In this document: in pieces, positions 1-9,331 of the stretch
Position numbering within the stretch: position 1 is the first letter of the stretch
How the letters are laid out: every line of letters begins with the position of its first letter
Source: an uncultured Fidelibacterota bacterium
GTDB lineage: Bacteria > Fidelibacterota > Marinisomatia > Marinisomatales > UBA1611
DNA: 64,000 nt
Direction of reading: 5' to 3'
Assembly (NCBI GenBank): GCA_913040915.1
Contig: CAJWHW010000002.1
Span: 22,129-86,128 of the forward strand
Notes under the pieces: model-generated
Seen by the model: only the letters and a program-made list of their open reading frames with translations
Database searches by the model: none
What the model was told of the DNA's origin: nothing
Position numbers and translations under genes: made by a program

Positions 1-438
1 GGCATCAAATGGTTTTGTATATACATGTAAGCTTAAAGCCGGCTTTTTAAATATGTTCTCTACAGAATGAATTTCTGCGGGGCCATCCAAATATCCTGGC
101 TTTCCAACAACTTGGCCATCCATTTTTATTCTTAACGGTAATGAAGATTTAATAATGTAATTACAAAATTGTAATTTTCCTGTTTCAACCCGAGCCCAGC
201 ACTTTTCACCTTCGTGACCATGTATTGGTGCCATTTGATTAGCTCCCCAACATAAAATTAATATTTCAAAATGCTCATCTTTGTATACCAAATTCCTTGT
301 ATAAAATGAATCATGAAAAAAAGTAAATTTTTCTCGATCTTTGTCATTTAATTTATAAGTTTTCAAATAGGATGAAACTTCTGGAACAGGAAAATTCTTT
401 TCAGCAAATTTGTGTAGGTTACGGATTAAATCCTGCAT
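1..438 (-). CDS. cysteine dioxygenase type I-like cupin protein (first 146 codons; gene runs off the window start)
   Basis: Not in the ORF track because there is no stop in the window. The reverse strand from the ATG at 438 reads MQDLIRNLHKFAEKNF...FEILILCWGANQMAPIHGHEGEKCWARVETGKL...PAEIHSVEN...SLHVYTKPFDA. The cupin HxH motif and the SLHVY-x-P motif resemble the bacterial CDO family (recalled from memory, not searched). Confidence 0.55.
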   Translation of the reverse strand, partial: MQDLIRNLHKFAEKNFPVPEVSSYLKTYKLNDKDREKFTFFHDSFYTRNLVYKDEHFEILILCWGANQMAPIHGHEGEKCWARVETGKLQFCNYIIKSSLPLRIKMDGQVVGKPGYLDGPAEIHSVENIFKKPALSLHVYTKPFDA

Positions 439-612
439 TTAATTATCCCTCGGTTTAGTGCATTCATACCAATGATATAAAGATGCTTTTGCAAAAGCTA
501 ACATTCGGTTTTCATCTTTGATATTTTTGTCTTCTTTATCAAGTAATTTCTAAGTCTGTTGATTTAGTTTAGTACCCATATAATGGTGTAATTTATCAAA
601 TAATTGTTTCAA

Positions 613-1035
613 TTATTCTGCTCCGATGATTAAACAATGTTTTCGCCACGCATCTTCTTTTATTTTTCCATCTAAAAAGAATTGCCCAGAACAGTCTAGT
701 AAGGAACTAGCCACGATAGGTAATCCGTGACCACCAAAATGCATTACCAAGACAGATTGAGTAAATTGGGTTTTTGCCACATTAGCAATTTGGCTCATTA
801 CTTTGAAACTAAATAATAGAGCATTGTTTACATCCTCTGGCTTTGTATCAATCTCTATTTGAATTACCTGCTCGTACTTACTCAAATAAAATTGGTAACC
901 CATTAAATCTGGCGCTTCTAGGGATGATTGAAAATATTCCTTAATCATTATGGCTAATTGCTCATCTCCAAACTTGGGAGTGTCACTGAATACGAATGAA
1001 AAAAGTGAAGTTATCAATATCAGTTTTTTTTTCAT
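613..1035 (-). CDS. hypothetical secreted protein
   Basis: 140-aa ORF with an N-terminal signal-like MKKKLILITSLFSFVFS. It overlaps the upstream gene by 4 nt (1032-1035). I recognise no family. Confidence 0.45.
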   Translation of the reverse strand: MKKKLILITSLFSFVFSDTPKFGDEQLAIMIKEYFQSSLEAPDLMGYQFYLSKYEQVIQIEIDTKPEDVNNALLFSFKVMSQIANVAKTQFTQSVLVMHFGGHGLPIVASSLLDCSGQFFLDGKIKEDAWRKHCLIIGAE

Positions 1036-2075
1036 GACCTGAAGTATTTCTTTATTATAATTACCATCAAAAGCAGAAATAAAACTCCAACTGAAATTAA
1101 GGTTTTTCTAAACCGATCTGTAGTATAGATAATTGATTTTGCATCCATCACATAAGTATCCCTAAGAAGAGAATCTAATCCAAACTTCCATATTAAAGTA
1201 TCTTCTTTAATTTCATCTGCATTCGTATTAATAGTGTGCCCAGGGAGAATAGCTTTTATTTCGAAAGAGTCATCCTTTAAGTCTAAAGTTGATTCAAGTA
1301 TGTTTTCATGGATTTCCATAGCCTCAACCAAATTACTGGCAAATTCATGATCCATTTTGAATGGTTTCAGCAAATCAGTGAAAAACGCTGTGCGATTTTT
1401 TTGAATATTCTCAAAATCATTTATAGACTTTATTCTTGAAAATGAATTTTGCAAATGATTTACAAGTCGTTGGTTCCAGATAACTTTTTGGGGAGTTAAT
1501 GAATCACCGGCAATATCATTTAACCCTTTATGCATCAATACTGTTAGCGCTTCTGAAAGCCAATAAAGAGAATCAGGTTTCTCTGATAAAATTGCTTCAT
1601 AAAGTTTCGGATACTCTGTTTCAATATGACGACCATAAAAGATCAATGTAATGGAATATTCTATACTAAAGTATGATTTTCTTGTATTCCGATAAAAAGA
1701 GTAACCTAGGGGAATTAATTTTTCTCCATAAAATAAAATTGCAGTATCTGAACTAAGTCCTTCAGAAGTTAAAATCCAATTTTTTTGATCTTCCTCTTTT
1801 ATGACGCTTAATGATTTTTTCCATCCAAGAAAATTATGAGGATGGAGAAAGTCTTTATCGAAAATATCAGAAGAATCTCCCAAGCTTTCAAATTTAAAAT
1901 AAGTTTGCCCATCGGGGTAGAGTTGAATAAAAATTTTATTTTCGACACATGAGAATAAAACCAAGATTATTGGTAAATAAAGAATATTAAACTGGTGTGC
2001 CATAGATGGAAAGTTAGTGAAGGAAATTGTTTTTTTGGAGAGTTGCACTAAGATATACAAAATTGTTACTTTCAA
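1032..2075 (-). CDS. hypothetical membrane-anchored protein or lipoprotein
   Basis: 347-aa ORF. An internal ATG at 2003 gives MAHQFNILYLPIILVLFSC, a lipobox-like signal. The C-terminal hydrophobic helix is LISVGVLFLLLMVIII. I recognise no family. Confidence 0.45.
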   Translation of the reverse strand: MKVTILYILVQLSKKTISFTNFPSMAHQFNILYLPIILVLFSCVENKIFIQLYPDGQTYFKFESLGDSSDIFDKDFLHPHNFLGWKKSLSVIKEEDQKNWILTSEGLSSDTAILFYGEKLIPLGYSFYRNTRKSYFSIEYSITLIFYGRHIETEYPKLYEAILSEKPDSLYWLSEALTVLMHKGLNDIAGDSLTPQKVIWNQRLVNHLQNSFSRIKSINDFENIQKNRTAFFTDLLKPFKMDHEFASNLVEAMEIHENILESTLDLKDDSFEIKAILPGHTINTNADEIKEDTLIWKFGLDSLLRDTYVMDAKSIIYTTDRFRKTLISVGVLFLLLMVIIIKKYFRS

Positions 2076-2095
2076 TCATACCAAGATGAGGTTCT

Positions 2096-2941
2096 ATGGT
2101 CAAAATTCTAGCCACATACTTAATACTTATCAGCAGTCTCAGTGCTTTTGAGTCCCCAAGGTCTTCTGTAGTTCGGACTGATTATGGATTCATTGATTAT
2201 GCAAATCGGGTTATCGTTTCCCGCGGCACGGCAAATATTATAAAACGAGAGACATCTGAAGGTGATTTAAAAACCATTGAAAAAAATCTGAAATTTTCCA
2301 AAGGGGAAGCCCGGGCCAGGGCACGTGAAAATTTATTAGACTTAATCAAATTAGTAAACTTTGATAGTCGAACAGTTGGTGAAATCATGTTAGGTGATCC
2401 TTTAGTTGGCAGCCGTGTAGGAACTTTGGTGGGAAGTGCTTTTCAACAAGGAGAGATTGAGTATCTTGAACGAAATGAAGTGGCCATAGCTTTAGCAATT
2501 AAAATGTCGGGGCTGGCGGAAATTTTAATAGATGCTGATGGGTACTTGAATGAAGATATTGCCCAATCAACATATCTAATGATGCGAGCAGTTACTCCTA
2601 AAACCAATCGAGCAACTGGAATTGTAATAGATGCTAGAAATATTTATCATATTCCGGCTATGGTTCCAAAAGTATATAATGAAGATGAAAGATTAGTTTA
2701 TGGGCCACGGCATTATACTCGTTCTCGCTCCGTTAATCGAGGCCCTATGGGATATGCCCATTCCATGGAAGATGGGAACGTTAGCCGTCGTGTAGGGAAT
2801 AATCCGCTACTAGTGGAAGCAGTTGCAAATGATGATGATATAAATTTGACTGTTTCTAATTTAGATGCGGAAAGGATTAGAGATGCTGAAAAAAAATTCG
2901 GACTTCTCACAAACTGTAAGGTTCTTGTCCTCCTTAAATAA
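2096..2941 (+). CDS. hypothetical secreted protein
   Basis: 281-aa ORF with signal peptide MVKILATYLILISSLSAF. It is divergent from the 1032-2075 gene. No family recognised. Confidence 0.5.
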   Translation: MVKILATYLILISSLSAFESPRSSVVRTDYGFIDYANRVIVSRGTANIIKRETSEGDLKTIEKNLKFSKGEARARARENLLDLIKLVNFDSRTVGEIMLGDPLVGSRVGTLVGSAFQQGEIEYLERNEVAIALAIKMSGLAEILIDADGYLNEDIAQSTYLMMRAVTPKTNRATGIVIDARNIYHIPAMVPKVYNEDERLVYGPRHYTRSRSVNRGPMGYAHSMEDGNVSRRVGNNPLLVEAVANDDDINLTVSNLDAERIRDAEKKFGLLTNCKVLVLLK

Positions 2942-2999
2942 ATTTGTAATTTTGCCTGATCAGGGTTTGGATTTCAAAATATCCTTATAAAATTCAGGC

Positions 3000-4100
3000 A
3001 TGGAAAAATATAAAACGGCTGTTCTTTTATTACAAGATGGCCGTTTTTTTTCAGGAAGAACATTTGGCGATGAGGGGGAGACTATTGGGGAGGTGTGTTT
3101 TAATACAGGCATGTCCGGCTATCAGGAAATTTTGACTGATCCATCTTATTGCCGTCAAATTGTTACGATGACAACTCCCCATATTGGTAACTATGGAGTG
3201 AACCCTGAAGATATAGAATCAGATAAAATTCAAGTGGCGGGATTTGTTATCAAGGAAGAGACAGAAATTCCATCAAACTGGCGATCTACACAATCCATCG
3301 GGGAATATTTAAAGATAAACCAAATTGTAGGAATTCAGGGAGTAGACACTCGGGCAATCACTCGGCATATCCGGGATAATGGTGCCATGAATGGCATTAT
3401 TTCTACGACTGATTCTAATCTCAATAGTCTAAAAAAAAAATTAGGCAATTCTCCAGAAATGACTGGGCTGGATTTAGCAAAAGAAGTAACCATATCAAAA
3501 CCCATTAAGTGGTCATCAAAATCAAATACGAAGTACAAAGTTGCGGCCATAGATTTTGGAATAAAGACCAATATTCTACGATTATTAGAATCCTATGGTT
3601 GTGAATTAACTGTATTCCCTGCCAATATATCTGCGCAGGACATTTTGGATTTTGATCCGCATGGCGTGTTTCTATCCAATGGTCCGGGCGATCCTTCCGC
3701 TGTTAAGTATGGTATTGAAACAGTAAAATCTTTGTTAGGAATAAAGCCAATCTTTGGAATTTGTCTAGGACATCAGATCTTGGCACTGGCTCTGGGTGCA
3801 AAAACATTCAAGTTGAAATTTGGCCACCGTGGTATCAACCATCCTGTTAAGAATCTTGAAACAGGAACAGTAGAGATCACTAGTCAAAATCATGGATTTG
3901 CAGTGGACCTGGATTCATTACCTGAACAGTTAATCTCCACCCATGTTAATTTAAATGATAATACATCAGAGGGGATTCGCTGTGATGCATTGAATGCATT
4001 TTCAGTGCAGTATCATCCTGAATCCAGTCCAGGGCCACATGACAGTCGCTATCTATTTCAACAATTCATTGAAATGATGAATCGTGCCAAAAAGAACTGA
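3000..4100 (+). CDS. carA: carbamoyl-phosphate synthase small (glutaminase) subunit
   Basis: 366 aa. The N-terminus [32 protein letters not shown] and the GATase motif GICLGHQ are present. It overlaps carB by 17 nt. Confidence 0.95.
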   Translation: MEKYKTAVLLLQDGRFFSGRTFGDEGETIGEVCFNTGMSGYQEILTDPSYCRQIVTMTTPHIGNYGVNPEDIESDKIQVAGFVIKEETEIPSNWRSTQSIGEYLKINQIVGIQGVDTRAITRHIRDNGAMNGIISTTDSNLNSLKKKLGNSPEMTGLDLAKEVTISKPIKWSSKSNTKYKVAAIDFGIKTNILRLLESYGCELTVFPANISAQDILDFDPHGVFLSNGPGDPSAVKYGIETVKSLLGIKPIFGICLGHQILALALGAKTFKLKFGHRGINHPVKNLETGTVEITSQNHGFAVDLDSLPEQLISTHVNLNDNTSEGIRCDALNAFSVQYHPESSPGPHDSRYLFQQFIEMMNRAKKN

Positions 4101-7100
4101 TATAGAATCCATATTGATTATTGGTGCCGGTCCCATTGTAATTGGTCAAGCTTGTGAGTTTGACTATTCCGGGACCCAGGCCACACGGGCGTTGAAGGAG
4201 GAAGGGTATCGTGTAATTCTGGTAAATTCTAACCCTGCTACGATCATGACTGATCCGAATCTTGCAGATGCGACTTTCATCGAACCCATTACCCCGGAGT
4301 ATGTGGAAGCTATCATTCAAAAAGAAAAACCGGATGCTATTCTTCCAACTGTAGGTGGGCAGACTGGTCTCAATATTTCAATGGCGCTTCACAAAAAAGG
4401 AATCTTGGAAAAATACGGGGTAAAATTGATTGGAGCTCAGGTTGAAGCCATAGATAAAGCAGAAGATCGTGAACAATTTAAAAAAGCCATGGATGAGGTC
4501 GGTATTGATACGGCTCAGGGCGGATTCATCCATACATGGGATGAGGCGGAAGCTCTGCTAGATGAAATGGAATTCCCAATTATAATCCGACCTTCATTCA
4601 CCATGGGTGGAACCGGTGGTTCTGTAGCCTATAATAATGAGGAATTTCAGGATTTGATTGAAAATGGACTACATGCTAGCCCCATAACAGAAGTATTAGT
4701 TGAGGAATCCTTACTTGGATGGAAAGAATTTGAGCTTGAAGTCATTCGGGATAGTTCAGACAATGCAATCATCATTTGTTCCATAGAAAATATAGATCCC
4801 ATGGGAGTCCATACCGGTGATTCGGTCACCGTTGCTCCGGCTATGACGTTGACTGATAAGGAATACCAGCAGATGCGTAATTGGGCGATTTTATGTTTGC
4901 GAACTATTGGTGTTGAGACTGGTGGTTCTAATGTACAGTTTGCTGTTAATCCGGATAATGGACGTATGATAATAATTGAAATGAACCCAAGGGTCAGCCG
5001 TTCATCTGCCCTAGCATCCAAAGCAACAGGATTCCCAATTGCTAAAGTGGCGGCAAAACTGGCTGTGGGGTTTACCTTGGATGAACTACCCAACGATATC
5101 ACCGGTAAGACTCTTGCTGCTTTTGAGCCCACCATTGATTATATCATAATAAAAGTACCTCGATTTGATTTTGAAAAATTTCCATCAGCGTCAGGACATC
5201 TAGGTGTTCAGATGCAAAGTGTTGGAGAAGTAATGTCCATTGGGCGCACATTTAGAGAATCGATTCAAAAAGCCTATCGTTCATTGGAGGTTGGATTGGA
5301 TGGGCTCGAACCCAAACCTGTAGCCAAAGGAGATCCAGATGTGAACCGAGCTCGCTCATTAGACATGTCTACCTTACGGCATGGAACAGCTTTTCGATTG
5401 CTCAAAATCTGGCAAGCCTTTAAAGAAGGGCAATCAATAGAAGATGTTTTCAATGTAACAAAGATCGATCACTGGTTCTTGAACCAAATTTCTATGTTGA
5501 CCAATCAAATAAAAAATAAATCCCTAATTGAATTAAAAGAGAATGGATTTTCAGATATGCAAATCAGTCGAATTTTGAATAAAACTGAAAAGGAGATTCG
5601 GGCACAGCGCAAAGCTGAAAATGTTTTGCCATCTTTTAAAGTTGTTGATACCTGTGCTGCTGAATTCGTAGCCCAAACCCCCTATTGTTATTCCACCTAT
5701 GATGAAGAAAATGAGATCCAACCCTTAGATGGGAAAAAAGTCATAATTTTAGGAGGCGGACCTAATCGCATTGGACAGGGGATTGAGTTTGATTATTGCT
5801 GTGTACAGGCAGTTTTTGGATTAAAAGATCAGAGTTATAAAACCATTATGGTGAATTGTAATCCGGAAACAGTTAGTACTGATTTTGATTTAGTAGACCG
5901 ACTTTATTTTGAACCGGTGACGTATGAAGATGTACTCAATATTGTTGAGTTTGAAAAGCCAGATGGTGTATTAGTCCAGTTTGGGGGCCAAACACCTCTA
6001 AAAATTGCAAATGCTCTAGCAGATGCCGGTGTACCCGTAATTGGTACATCTCCTGAAAATATTGACCTAGCGGAAGATCGAGAAAAATTTGGGTCAATAT
6101 TAAAAAAGCTGAATATATTATGTCCTAAATATGGTACTGGCCGAACATTAGATGAAGTAGTAACAGTTGCAGAGACAATTGGATTTCCTATTTTAGCTCG
6201 CCCCAGTTATGTTTTGGGAGGCCGAGCTATGGAAATCGTTTACTCAAAGAAACAGTTAATTGATTATATATCTCGAAATGCTGATGTGACGGAAGGGCAT
6301 CCTATATTGATTGACCAATTTTTAGAGGATGCTTTTGAATTTGATGTAGATGCGCTTTGTGATGGTGAGATAGTTCACATCGGTGCTGTAATGCAGCATA
6401 TTGAAGAGGCAGGAATTCATTCTGGCGATTCTGCCTGCGTGTTGCCACCATATCGCATTACTACAGAAGCTATGGATGAAATTATCCGGATTACTCAGGA
6501 TCTGGCTCTAGAATTAAAAGTAATTGGTTTGATTAATCTTCAATTTGCGTATAAGGATGGACAAATCTTTGTTTTGGAAGTAAATCCAAGGGCTAGTCGA
6601 ACAGTTCCCTTTGTTAGTAAAACAACCGATGTTCCTTTGGCGCGGATCGCTGCCCAATTGGCAGTAGGTGCAAAACTATCCGAATTTGAATTAAAACCTT
6701 GGGATGGCAATTCCCATATAGCGGTAAAGGAAGCAGTGCTACCATTCAATAAATTTCCGGAAGAATCCATTTTTTTGAGCCCCGAAATGAAATCCACAGG
6801 AGAAGTAATGGGTATTTCCAATACATTAGGGGATGCATTTAAGCGAGCATCTATAAGTGCCGGGAATATCATACCTAACACAGGAATTGTTTTTTTATCA
6901 GTGAATGATTCCGATAAACTAGATGTCATACCCATCGCACGGGACTTAAAGGAAATTGGTTTTGATCTAGTGGCAACTTTTGGAACAGCGAAAGAACTTC
7001 GTAGAAATGGTATCCATTCAGAAACAGTCTTTAAAGTGGGTGAGGGGCGACCCAATGTTGTGGATGGTATCAAGAATGGGGAAATCAATCTTGTGATCAA

Positions 7101-7272
7101 TACACCCATGGGTGCCCAGGCCCGCTATGATGAAGAATCCATTGGTCGAGCTTGTATTCAAAAAGGGATTATGGCCATTACTACATTGTCTGGAGCAGAA
7201 GCAGCTGTAAGAGCAATTAGATCACATAATTGGCAAATAGAAGTCAATCCCCTTCAGGATTACCATACTTAA
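4084..7272 (+). CDS. carB: carbamoyl-phosphate synthase large subunit
   Basis: 1062 aa. It starts [30 protein letters not shown], has duplicated ATP-grasp halves (a second [16 protein letters not shown]) and an MGS-like C-terminus. Confidence 0.97.
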   Translation: MPKRTDIESILIIGAGPIVIGQACEFDYSGTQATRALKEEGYRVILVNSNPATIMTDPNLADATFIEPITPEYVEAIIQKEKPDAILPTVGGQTGLNISMALHKKGILEKYGVKLIGAQVEAIDKAEDREQFKKAMDEVGIDTAQGGFIHTWDEAEALLDEMEFPIIIRPSFTMGGTGGSVAYNNEEFQDLIENGLHASPITEVLVEESLLGWKEFELEVIRDSSDNAIIICSIENIDPMGVHTGDSVTVAPAMTLTDKEYQQMRNWAILCLRTIGVETGGSNVQFAVNPDNGRMIIIEMNPRVSRSSALASKATGFPIAKVAAKLAVGFTLDELPNDITGKTLAAFEPTIDYIIIKVPRFDFEKFPSASGHLGVQMQSVGEVMSIGRTFRESIQKAYRSLEVGLDGLEPKPVAKGDPDVNRARSLDMSTLRHGTAFRLLKIWQAFKEGQSIEDVFNVTKIDHWFLNQISMLTNQIKNKSLIELKENGFSDMQISRILNKTEKEIRAQRKAENVLPSFKVVDTCAAEFVAQTPYCYSTYDEENEIQPLDGKKVIILGGGPNRIGQGIEFDYCCVQAVFGLKDQSYKTIMVNCNPETVSTDFDLVDRLYFEPVTYEDVLNIVEFEKPDGVLVQFGGQTPLKIANALADAGVPVIGTSPENIDLAEDREKFGSILKKLNILCPKYGTGRTLDEVVTVAETIGFPILARPSYVLGGRAMEIVYSKKQLIDYISRNADVTEGHPILIDQFLEDAFEFDVDALCDGEIVHIGAVMQHIEEAGIHSGDSACVLPPYRITTEAMDEIIRITQDLALELKVIGLINLQFAYKDGQIFVLEVNPRASRTVPFVSKTTDVPLARIAAQLAVGAKLSEFELKPWDGNSHIAVKEAVLPFNKFPEESIFLSPEMKSTGEVMGISNTLGDAFKRASISAGNIIPNTGIVFLSVNDSDKLDVIPIARDLKEIGFDLVATFGTAKELRRNGIHSETVFKVGEGRPNVVDGIKNGEINLVINTPMGAQARYDEESIGRACIQKGIMAITTLSGAEAAVRAIRSHNWQIEVNPLQDYHT

Positions 7273-7360
7273 ACTTCTAATTGCTTATTCTAAAATAATT
7301 CAATAGAATTTTTATCAAAATCTGTTTGTTTTATAATCAGGCAAGAAGTAGTAAAACTAA

Positions 7361-8758
7361 ATGATTAAAGAAAATTCAAAAGATCAAATCCAAGAACAAG
7401 ATATTTCATCATCTGAATTGGACAATTTAATTGATGCAAATAAAGATCTCTATGATAAATTAAACCAACTTCCTGAGATTGAAGCCTTACAAGCTTTAGA
7501 TGATGATGATGAAAAACAAACAGAAAAAAAAGAAGAGCGTCAACCTGTTCTGGCTTTCATCCCCAAATTGCAATCTTTATATGCAGATAATGAACTTGTT
7601 CGATATGCTACCTGGGCCTTAATTCTTATTCTATTTTCTACATCTATGCTAACATATCTCGAATATGATATGTTCAAAGCAAGTGTGACAGACCATGTAG
7701 GTGACTCTTTTTTCTTTGGCGGTAAGGAAGCAAACTGGCTAGATACATTTTTCCATACTTTCTGGTGGGCAATTGTCACATTTACAACGGTGGGATATGG
7801 TGATGTCAGTCCTGTAACCCATATTGGGAAATTTCTAACCATTATTATAATGTTATTAAACTTTGGAATCGTTACATTGTTAGGCGGGGCAGTTGCTTCT
7901 GTTTTAGTAGCCCAACGTTTAAAAGGAGATGATACTTTGGACGAAAATAAATATGACGGCCACCTAGTTATTGCAGGATGGAATTCAACCGTACCATCAG
8001 TTCTGAAACTTATTGATGCAAATAAAGATGCTGCAGATGTGGTAATCCTAGTGAATGAAACAGATGAGGATATTATTCAAAGGACTATTACAAATTATGA
8101 ACGTCTTGATATTACTCACATCCCTGAAAATTTTACTCAAGATGCAGTACTGCGCAAAGCATTTTTAGAAAAAGCTAGTACATTCATGATTTTGCCAGAC
8201 AGTTCTGGATTGTTACCTCATGAAGAGCCAGATGAAGACAAGACAGTTCTTACATGTTTAACAGCTAAATCCATCGCTGAATCTTGTAATGTTGTTGCAC
8301 ATGTTATAAATCCTGAAAATGTTTCACATCTCCAAAGAGCGAATGCCAATGAAATAGTTATCCCAGATGAGCATGTACCTCATCTTTTGGCTAAGCATGT
8401 TACTGACCCAGGTGTTCCTCAGTTTTTCGATGATTTAATATTGAAGGAAGAAAAAGATAAAGGTCTACAGGAAGTAAGAATACCCAAGAGTTTAAATGGG
8501 CAAAGTCATAATAAAATTTCTGCTTTTTTTAAATTCAAATATAACTGGCTTTTAGTCGGTTATGCTATTCGAAAAGCTGGATTTAGTTTGGATGAACAAA
8601 TGGGGGAAAGCGGGAGTCCACTTATACGAAATATGATCAAAGAACAATTAGAAGGTGCCGGTGTTAATCTCTCAAGTGATGAACATGTAATTGTTGAAAT
8701 CAACCCTTCGGATGATTATACTATCGATGATAAACATAGTGCATTGGTTTTGAGGTAA
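7361..8758 (+). CDS. 2-TM potassium channel with cytoplasmic RCK/TrkA-N-like domain (MthK-like architecture)
   Basis: 465 aa. The selectivity filter TTVGYGD is flanked by two hydrophobic helices. A Rossmann-like HLVIAGWNSTV follows. The N-terminal ~70 aa are acidic. Confidence 0.8.
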   Translation: MIKENSKDQIQEQDISSSELDNLIDANKDLYDKLNQLPEIEALQALDDDDEKQTEKKEERQPVLAFIPKLQSLYADNELVRYATWALILILFSTSMLTYLEYDMFKASVTDHVGDSFFFGGKEANWLDTFFHTFWWAIVTFTTVGYGDVSPVTHIGKFLTIIIMLLNFGIVTLLGGAVASVLVAQRLKGDDTLDENKYDGHLVIAGWNSTVPSVLKLIDANKDAADVVILVNETDEDIIQRTITNYERLDITHIPENFTQDAVLRKAFLEKASTFMILPDSSGLLPHEEPDEDKTVLTCLTAKSIAESCNVVAHVINPENVSHLQRANANEIVIPDEHVPHLLAKHVTDPGVPQFFDDLILKEEKDKGLQEVRIPKSLNGQSHNKISAFFKFKYNWLLVGYAIRKAGFSLDEQMGESGSPLIRNMIKEQLEGAGVNLSSDEHVIVEINPSDDYTIDDKHSALVLR

Positions 8759-8761
8759 ATT

Positions 8762-9325
8762 ATGAATCCAACAGCAGAACAAATTCAAAAAATAAATCAT
8801 TTCAGTAAAGTACCTGATGAAATGTGTAAAAAAATTGCTTCAGTAGTGGAATTGCATGAATGTAAACCAAAGGACTCTTTGCTCACAGAAGGTGAAACTG
8901 GAGATACAATGATTCTTGTTTTTCAGGGTCAAGTGGAAGTCTCGAAAGATATGATGGTTAAAACTGCAAGCGGAATCGCAACATCAAGAAAACCTATTAT
9001 CCGCTTGGAGACAACTGATCCACCACCTGCATCTGATCCTATAACTGAACCAACAGTATTTGTTGTAGAAGCCCCCGCTTTTGGAATTGGTGAATTTTCA
9101 TTGGTATTAGATGATGCAATACGTACCGCACATGTTCATGCTACGACACCTGTAAAATATGGGATATTGACCCTAAATGATTTTTCTAATATTGTGAAAG
9201 ATAATCCTGAAATAGGTGGGTCTGTTTATTTTGAGGTTGCTAAATCAGCAGTACAAAACTTGGCTACGGCTAGTGCTGATATTTCAAACTTGACTCAGGC
9301 CTTCTTTTTTGCCTTGACCCGATAA
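8762..9325 (+). CDS. standalone cyclic-nucleotide-binding (CNB) domain protein
   Basis: 187 aa, starting 4 nt after the channel gene. The phosphate-binding-cassette-like FGIGEFSLVLDDAIRTA (GE...RTA) is present. A Pro-rich insertion (ETTDPPPASDPITEP) lies in the beta-roll. Confidence 0.7.
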   Translation: MNPTAEQIQKINHFSKVPDEMCKKIASVVELHECKPKDSLLTEGETGDTMILVFQGQVEVSKDMMVKTASGIATSRKPIIRLETTDPPPASDPITEPTVFVVEAPAFGIGEFSLVLDDAIRTAHVHATTPVKYGILTLNDFSNIVKDNPEIGGSVYFEVAKSAVQNLATASADISNLTQAFFFALTR

Positions 9326-9331
9326 ATAATG

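Noticed and set aside
2955-2964. Perfect 10-bp palindrome CCTGATCAGG between the 2096-2941 gene and carA.
   Set aside because: As RNA it gives only a 3-bp stem, so it is not a terminator. As a protein operator it is a single short site with no second copy in the window, which is insufficient evidence.
4647-5135. Long antisense ORFs inside well-supported genes: 4647-5135 and 6540-7109 in carB, 30831-31256 in asd, 47179-47571 in gltB, 52264-52650 across the porin and amtB genes, 55946-56254 in gap, and many in the 60-100 aa range.
   Set aside because: Each lies entirely opposite a gene with strong family motifs. Their translations are low-complexity (Ser/Pro/Ile-rich) with no recognisable domains, which is typical of shadow ORFs.
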